DNA of 64,000 bases from Eledone cirrhosa (taxonomy: Eukaryota): the NCBI GenBank assembly GCA_964016885.1, contig OZ024743.1, forward strand, positions 162,564,001-162,628,000, given 5' to 3'. The position numbers and the translations under genes are program-made. A model generated the notes under the pieces. It saw only the letters and a list, made by a program, of their open reading frames with translations, was not told the DNA's origin and ran no database searches. Shown in pieces: positions 58,365 to 64,000 of this stretch. How positions within the stretch are numbered: the stretch's first letter is position 1; each line of letters opens with the position of its first letter.

Positions 58365-59370
58365 GGCAAGTACATGATGATCTCACACTCATAGTAGAAT
58401 CTATGACGGAACTAGAGAAAGAATTCCAAACATGAAAGCAAGGCCTAGAAAGGAGGGGACTTAAAATCAACATGACAAAGACTAAAGTCCAAGTAAGTAG
58501 AAAACAGAACCCTGCTCCCCTCAGGGAAATGGCCTTGCTCAGTATGTAGGAAAAGTGTAGGTAGAAATTCCATCCTCTGCCCCAAATGCAAACTATTGAT
58601 ACACAAGAGATGTAGTGGAATCTCAGGAAGTTTAGCTAAGAATCTAGGCTTTACATGTAGCAGCTGCACTGGGACATTAAGCAGCAAACGACCAGAGGAA
58701 ACAAGCTCTGCCAAATTCTGAAAAGGCTCGGTAGAAACAGTAGATAGCTTCTGCTACCTAGGTGACCAAATTAGCAGTGGAAGTGGGTGTTCTGAAAGTA
58801 CAGTAACTAGGGTAAGAACGAGATGGAAGAAGTTCGGGGAGCTACTGCCACTGCTAGCTGCAAAAGGCTTTTCCCTCAAAATGAAAGGCAGACTGTATGA
58901 TGCGTGCATACAAACAGCAATGTTGCATGGTAGAGAGACCTGGGCGCTGTGTGCAGAAGACTTGTGTAGATTGGAAAGAAATGAAGCTTGCATGCTCCGA
59001 TGGATGTGTAATAGTAATATATGTGAATGGTAAAGCATAAATGTACTGAGAGAGAAACTAAGCATAAGAGGAATCAGATGCAGTGTGCCATAGAGAAGAC
59101 TGCATTGGTTTGGACATGTAATACATATGAAGGATGGCAGCTGTATAGGTACAGAGCGCTCAAAGTTGATGGAAACCATGGAGTGGAGAGACCCAGGAAG
59201 ATTTAGGGCGAGGTGATAAAAGCTGACCTTGCCCAATTGCACCTCTCAAAAGCAATGACACAGAACCACGACCTCTAGCATTACGCAGTATTACTGAAGA
59301 CCTGACTTCCCATGGCCACAGGCCAAGACTGAAGCATATATATAACGGTGATGTTGATAATGATGATGAA
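58365..59370 (+). mobile_element. 5'-truncated decayed RTE-clade LINE with (GAT)n tail
   Basis: GKWPCSVCRK..C..C...IHKRC..C..C, SFCYLGD, MKGRLYDAC..MLHG.ETW, RLHWFGH; homologous to 59730-60700. Confidence 0.9.
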
Positions 59371-59559
59371 GTACACCACTATAAATTCCATACACACTTA
59401 TTAACAACATCATGATTTACCTTACAACACCCTACATAGTAAACTTCTCACTATACTCATTGTTAACTCTCCAGTGTATATTGTACAGTCAGCTCTCATA
59501 AGCCATATTTATAACTATTTCTAACACTGGTACAGAGCCAGAAATTATACCACAGTATT

Positions 59560-59670
59560 TGACTGGTACTTTATTTTATAAAACCTGGAAAGATGAAAGG
59601 CAAAGTCAATCTTAACAGGATTTTATTTCAAACTTTTTTTTCTACTGCTAATACTGTCTGCCAGTCACCA
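59560..59670 (-). mobile_element. tRNA-derived SINE fragment
   Basis: GACTTTGCCTTTCATC..AAGTACCAG central motif shared with 60745-60880. Confidence 0.6.
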
Positions 59671-59729
59671 ATCTTGGCAGAAGGAGGTGGAATATAAACT
59701 CAGAGTGCACAGAGCTGAATTAAATACCA

Positions 59730-60669
59730 TGAATAGAGAATAAATTCTGGCTATGGAAACAGCAGTTGGAAGCAAAAGGACTGAGAGTGAACCTAGCCAA
59801 GACAAAAGGGTTGATGAGTAGAAAAGAGGACAAAACTCTGATTCCGTCAGGGAAATGGCCATGTACGATATGCAGAAAAGGAACTGGCATAAATTCTATA
59901 AAATGCACACAATGCAGATCCTGGGTACACAAGAGATGTAGCGGGATAGCAGGCAAACTAACAGGTAGGGAGAAATATGTATGCAGTAGATGTACAGGGA
60001 AATTAGACAGTAGAAGTCACATTGATAGACACATTTTTCAAATGCAGGTGAGTGCTATAGAAGTGGTGGATAGCTTCCGGTACCTAGGAGATCAGATTAG
60101 CATGGGAGGGGGGTGTTCCGAGGCCATAGTATCTAGAATAAGGACGGGTTGGAAGAAGTTTAGGGAGCTGCTTCCTCTGCTGACAAAGAAAGGTTTCTCC
60201 CTGCGTACGAAAGGCCGGTTGTATGATGCCTGTGTGAGGAGCGCGATGCTGCATGGTAGTGAGACATGGGCAGCAACTGCAGAGGATATGCAACGGCTGG
60301 AGAGAAATGAGGCAAGCATGTTCCGTTGGATGTGCAGTGTAAATGTGCGTGAACTACCCAGCATAAATGTGTTGAGAGAGAAACTGTGTCTGAGAGGGAT
60401 AGAATGTAGTGTACGGGAGAGGAGACTGAGGTGGTATGGACATGTGATGCGCATGGAGGATGACCGATGGGTGAAGAAGTGCCAGGAAATGCCAGTTGAA
60501 GGAAGACGTGGTAGAGGTAGATCACAAAATACATGGGCGGAGGTGGTGAGAACAGACCTCAGATAATTGAAGCTCACGGTGGAGATGACGAAGGACCATG
60601 ACGAGTGGAGAGATGCTGTGCTGAATAAGACCCGTCCCACCCTTGCAAGCAGGGAAAAGCGGACGTAAA

Positions 60670-60700
<31 letters not shown>
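59730..60700 (+). mobile_element. 5'-truncated RTE-clade LINE, best-preserved copy (ORF 59766-60566), with a PHD-type finger and (GAT)n tail
   Basis: 266-aa open frame: GLRVNLAKTK, C4HC3 cluster, FRYLG, LHGSETW, RRLRWYGH, RGRGR..W. The TAA at 60564 looks premature. (GAT)n tail at 60670-60700. Confidence 0.95.
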
Positions 60701-60701
<1 letters not shown>

Positions 60702-60744
60702 GCATCTTGTCCAACTCTTTAGCAATCCAGCCAAACCACTGCAT

Positions 60745-60880
60745 CGGGACTGGTACTTATCAAAAGGATGAAAAGCAAAGTTGATCTTGGCAGGATTCAA
60801 ACTGAGAATACAAAGAGCCAGAACAAATACTGATATAGTTAATCTGATACTGTAACAACTCTGCCAATCCACCATCTTTA
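60745..60880 (-). mobile_element. tRNA-derived SINE (octopus-type from memory)
   Basis: Minus strand has A-box-like TGGCAGAGTTG and B-box-like GTTTGAATCC, then ACTTTGCTTTTCATCCTTTTGATAAGTACCAG. Confidence 0.68.
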
Positions 60881-60990
60881 CATTAGTAATAATATTGATT
60901 ATAATATTAATGTTGCTAATGATTTGTGGTAAAATGTGAATAATAGTTAGAAAATGGATCAAGAAGAAACAAAATAAAAGGTTAACTCAC

Positions 60991-61253
60991 TTGTTATTGA
61001 CAGCAATGACAAATATAAGAGCTGGCAACTCAACAATTCCCGACAAGAAAAGGTTGATGTAACGGTCTCCATAAAGACTCTTGGTATTAAAGAGTAATCC
61101 ATAGTACACACTACAACACACAAACCAGCCAAACATTAGGATTAAAGTGAATTTACACTTTTCAACGGAGTTAAAGAGATGCCAGTAAGAATATGTTTTG
61201 TGTTCTTTTTTCACATTCTTTATATCTGTAACGTGTTCATTAGTATCATCTTC
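60991..61253 (-). CDS. SLC22-family transporter exon (loop, TM7-TM8): EDDTNEH...WFVCCSVYYGLLFNTKSLYGDRYINLFLSGIVELPALIFVIAVNN(K)
   Basis: Acceptor tttacAG, donor AA|gtgagt; 263 bp; in frame with both neighbours. Confidence 0.95.
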
Positions 61254-62079
61254 CTGTAAACAGAAATATATATATATATATTTTTTTATACATTATAATA
61301 AATACAAAAACCAAAATCCAGGGAGGATTTGATAAGGGTTGTATATATATAAACCCATAGAGCAAATATTTATTATTAGCACAGATTAAATGTTTAAGCA
61401 AATAATTTCTGCTTTCACCCTACAGCGGGATCCTCTGAAACTGAGAAATATCAATCCATGGATACAGAAATAAATATTTTTAAAAAATGATGACCAAATA
61501 TTGCCTATTGAAAATAGAAAGACATAATGGTAACGTATAAAGACATTCTCTTGAGATACGGTGAAATATATGCAAGGAGAATTACGTCATTAAGTGAAGC
61601 GTGAAGAACGAATTCTTGCTTTGAAAAGATCAGGAGACTAATGTTCTTTTTAGAATAGCCAAATATTTTCCAGATACCATATATGGAAAACGATATTAAT
61701 AGAAGTAATATGATTAAACATAAAAATACTGAGCTGTGTGAGCACACAGATCACAAAAACAAGATGTTGTAGGACAGAACAAAAGAGAGACACAAAATAA
61801 CAAATTAGTGACTGAGGAGGTCACAGAATGTGTGACAATAAAAAAAAAATGAACAACCATCCTGTTATCAAACTAAGCAACTGGAAGTTTATAATAAATT
61901 TAAGTGAAAACCAGCAGGTGTGTGTTTTTATTGGCAGCATGACCCTCCAAACAATATATATATAAAGTAAATATAAAATTTGATTGTTCTTAACTACAAC
62001 ATCATGATGTATATCATCTGCATATTGTCCGTACTAACCGTTGGGATATAATGTGGGGCTGTAATATAAGAATGTTTTA

Positions 62080-62490
62080 TACATTTTATGTTCACAAGTC
62101 GAAATTGTCTCAGATTTTTTATCTAAAATACATTTCTTGGCGTAAAGAATTTCCAGGGCTTCAGCAGCACAAAGATCACAAGGTATTTTATTAGTTATAG
62201 GATTTAGCTTTAATTAAGATTTCCTAGTGTAACCTAAACTGGATGTTATTGTCTTTTAAACTCCAGAAATAGACAGAAAGTGAAGTCATATTCCTTCTTA
62301 AAGGCTTTTGAAATGAATGAGAGTGCATGTACAAATGCTGCATGAATCTATTGGCTGTTAAACCTACGTCTGCCTTACTAGTAGTTGGTGTGTTAACCTT
62401 AAATTTATAAACTATATTGCTTGATAGGCATTTCCCAGCTGGAGGATAGTAGTCCCTATTAATACAATTGCAGATAGAACCTTGCACATA
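62080..62490 (-). mobile_element. Second Penelope-like GIY-YIG endonuclease fragment
   Basis: CNC....P..GKCLSSNIVYKFKV...DVGLT..RF..HSHSF...TSLSVYFWSLKDNNI, followed by CDLC..E and ETISTCEHK. Confidence 0.82.
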
Positions 62491-62834
62491 ACATTACTGC
62501 ATCCAACTTAGCTAAATTACCTAGCTGTAGTAATATAAGCAATTGTGAATCTCTTTAAAGAAAATGGAGGTTAAACAATGGTGATGATGATGATGAAATG
62601 TTTATAATAGTGTGTAGAATAATATATTAATATATTAATATAGTCGAATTGTCAGAAGTAATAAAACACTGTTTATCACTTGGCTAAAAAGATATAATAA
62701 TAATATATATAGAGAAAAAGGGACAAAGAGTGAGAGAGTCATGGAGAAAATGAAGGATTTTTTTTTTATTTTCTTTACATCAATACTGTGTGAGTGAAAT
62801 GGTCTATTTGTAGAAGTAGCAGGGATCAACAAAT

Positions 62835-63470
62835 CATTTGGTAACCTTCCTACTGAATATGAAGTCAGGAAGGCCACAAGTGCTCTATCCAATGACAAGA
62901 TATCTGGATCTGGTGCCATTCTGGTGGAGATCTACAAAATTAGCTTGCACTACCTGTGCAAAATGCTGCATGTTTATTGGCAAGACAAGGTCCCAGACAC
63001 CAAAGTTCTCAGTTAGGCAGTGTTGCCCAGTATCCACAATCCTATGCAATGATCTAGTCACATATTGCCAGATGATAAACAACTTTCAAAATGTCTTTTC
63101 AACAGTTGGTAAAGGATAAGCAATAAAGGCAGAAACCTTTTAAAGGAAGAAATAGCACAAACAATACAAAGATACTCTCAAGACTTCTCTAAAAGACTTC
63201 AACATTAATCTAGCGTCACAGAAGAGCCTTGTGACTGAGAGATCCACTTGGCACAGTCTAACAACGAAAGTTGACATAGCATCAAAACAGACCAGGAGCA
63301 GACAGACTGAGTAGAATAGGAAGCTGAGATAGTCCAGAGTCACTGGCACATTAACAAAAGAAAAAGACTTGTTAGCTACTCCTGGACATATCCATGGGAC
63401 CTCCTGATCATCATTCATATCGATAGAACATGTATTTATTGACAGAGTTGTTTTTCCACCACTCAACAGT
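62835..63470 (+). mobile_element. Decayed, internally deleted RTE (BovB-like) LINE fragment
   Basis: SG.GAILVEIYK jumps to KMLHVYWQDKVPDTKVL...QYKDTLKTSLKDFNI..ERSTW, a typical RTE C-terminal pattern. Confidence 0.72.
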
Positions 63471-63720
63471 GAAATAAGGTATGGAAACAGAATTTCTTCA
63501 CTCTGGCAAACTGGAGTAAGCAGATTTCAAATCTTTGTTAAAGAGTGCAAGGGTGCGTAAATAGTATAGTTGTTAATAAAGACCTGAACTTCTCACCATA
63601 ACCATATAGTAATCCAGCACTTTAACAGTTTCACAACCATTCTATCTATTGGGAATATACCCACGTCGTGACAATCCTCTACTACAGGACAGCCTTAATG
63701 AAATGGAGAAGCAAGTTTAC

Positions 63721-63853
63721 CTGAGTAAATAATTCAAGTTTAGTAAAGTCTGGAAAAGGCTTTTTATTAACACGTGCCATATCTGTTACAATTTTCCTCA
63801 TTTCTTCGTGTTTTCCTTGAGTTAGAAGCCAACGAGGACTTTCAGCTACAAAC
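63721..63853 (-). CDS. SLC22-family transporter exon: FVAESPRWLLTQGKHEEMRKIVTDMARVNKKPFPDFTKLELFTQ
   Basis: Acceptor tttccAG, donor CAG|gtaaac; 133 bp; (P/A)ESPRWL motif that follows TM6. Confidence 0.93.
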
Positions 63854-64000
63854 CTGGAAAATATTGCAATTGGTGGAGATAAAGTATGTGGAAGTAAGTA
63901 CATAGTCTTTAGAAGAGAGTAGTTGGAAGAATGACAGGAGGAGTACTCTGGGTAACTAATAACAAAAGTACTTGAGGGAGAGCAGAGAGAGTGTTTGGAA

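Larger units (their letters stand above)
43015..63853 (-). other. Partial multi-exon gene: SLC22-family (MFS) organic ion/carnitine transporter, TM6-loop to TM11; 5' and 3' exons lie outside the window
   Basis: Five exons with GT-AG boundaries and compatible phases (2/0/2/1/2/0) give family motifs ESPRWL, VYYGL, LSGIVELPA, FGRK, AEMFPTVVR and ARIG. Confidence 0.95.

Noticed and set aside
59766-60566. Active retrotransposon or domesticated RT gene
   Set aside because: 5'-truncated, lacks APE and the catalytic YADD region, and has a premature stop.
58445-60640. Long minus-strand ORFs (58754..59242, 60092..60640, 60160..60534) as genes or extra exons
   Set aside because: Antisense shadows of plus-strand RTE coding sequence; the SLC22 frame is complete without them.
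61505-61747. Hydrophobic 80-aa ORF as an additional transporter exon
   Set aside because: No SLC22 motifs, AT-rich composition explains the hydrophobicity, and the flanking exons already join in frame.
61985-62040. Hammerhead downstream of the second Penelope fragment
   Set aside because: Only CAGATGA on the minus strand, with no GAAA box.

Overview
Eukaryotic (animal) genomic DNA; the SINE/RTE repertoire is, from memory, typical of octopus, but this is an inference. Bases 1-~42836 are one uninterrupted tandem array of a 29-bp unit (consensus ACTGTCCATTTAGATAACCAGACCACCAC, roughly 1,480 copies in view, continuing off the left edge) organised in nested higher-order duplications (57 bp, ~0.5, ~0.9, 2.2, 3.07, 3.9, ~5.5 and 11.36 kb). 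Bases ~43000-64000 hold five minus-strand coding exons (63721-63853, 60991-61253, 51208-51290, 47459-47579, 43015-43087) that splice in frame with canonical GT-AG sites into the TM6-TM11 part of an SLC22-family (MFS) transporter. The last visible donor (43014) opens ~180 bp before the satellite and TM12/C-terminus are not in the window, so the satellite most likely lies inside a >43-kb intron. The introns contain many decayed mobile elements: several RTE-clade LINEs (two with a C4HC3 PHD-type finger inside the RT), two Penelope-like GIY-YIG fragments (one followed by a near-intact hammerhead ribozyme in the gene's sense orientation), hAT, Tc1/mariner-like and TTAA-type MITEs, SINEs, and two long near-perfect hairpins. 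The many W/V/S-rich minus-strand ORFs in the satellite are translation artefacts.
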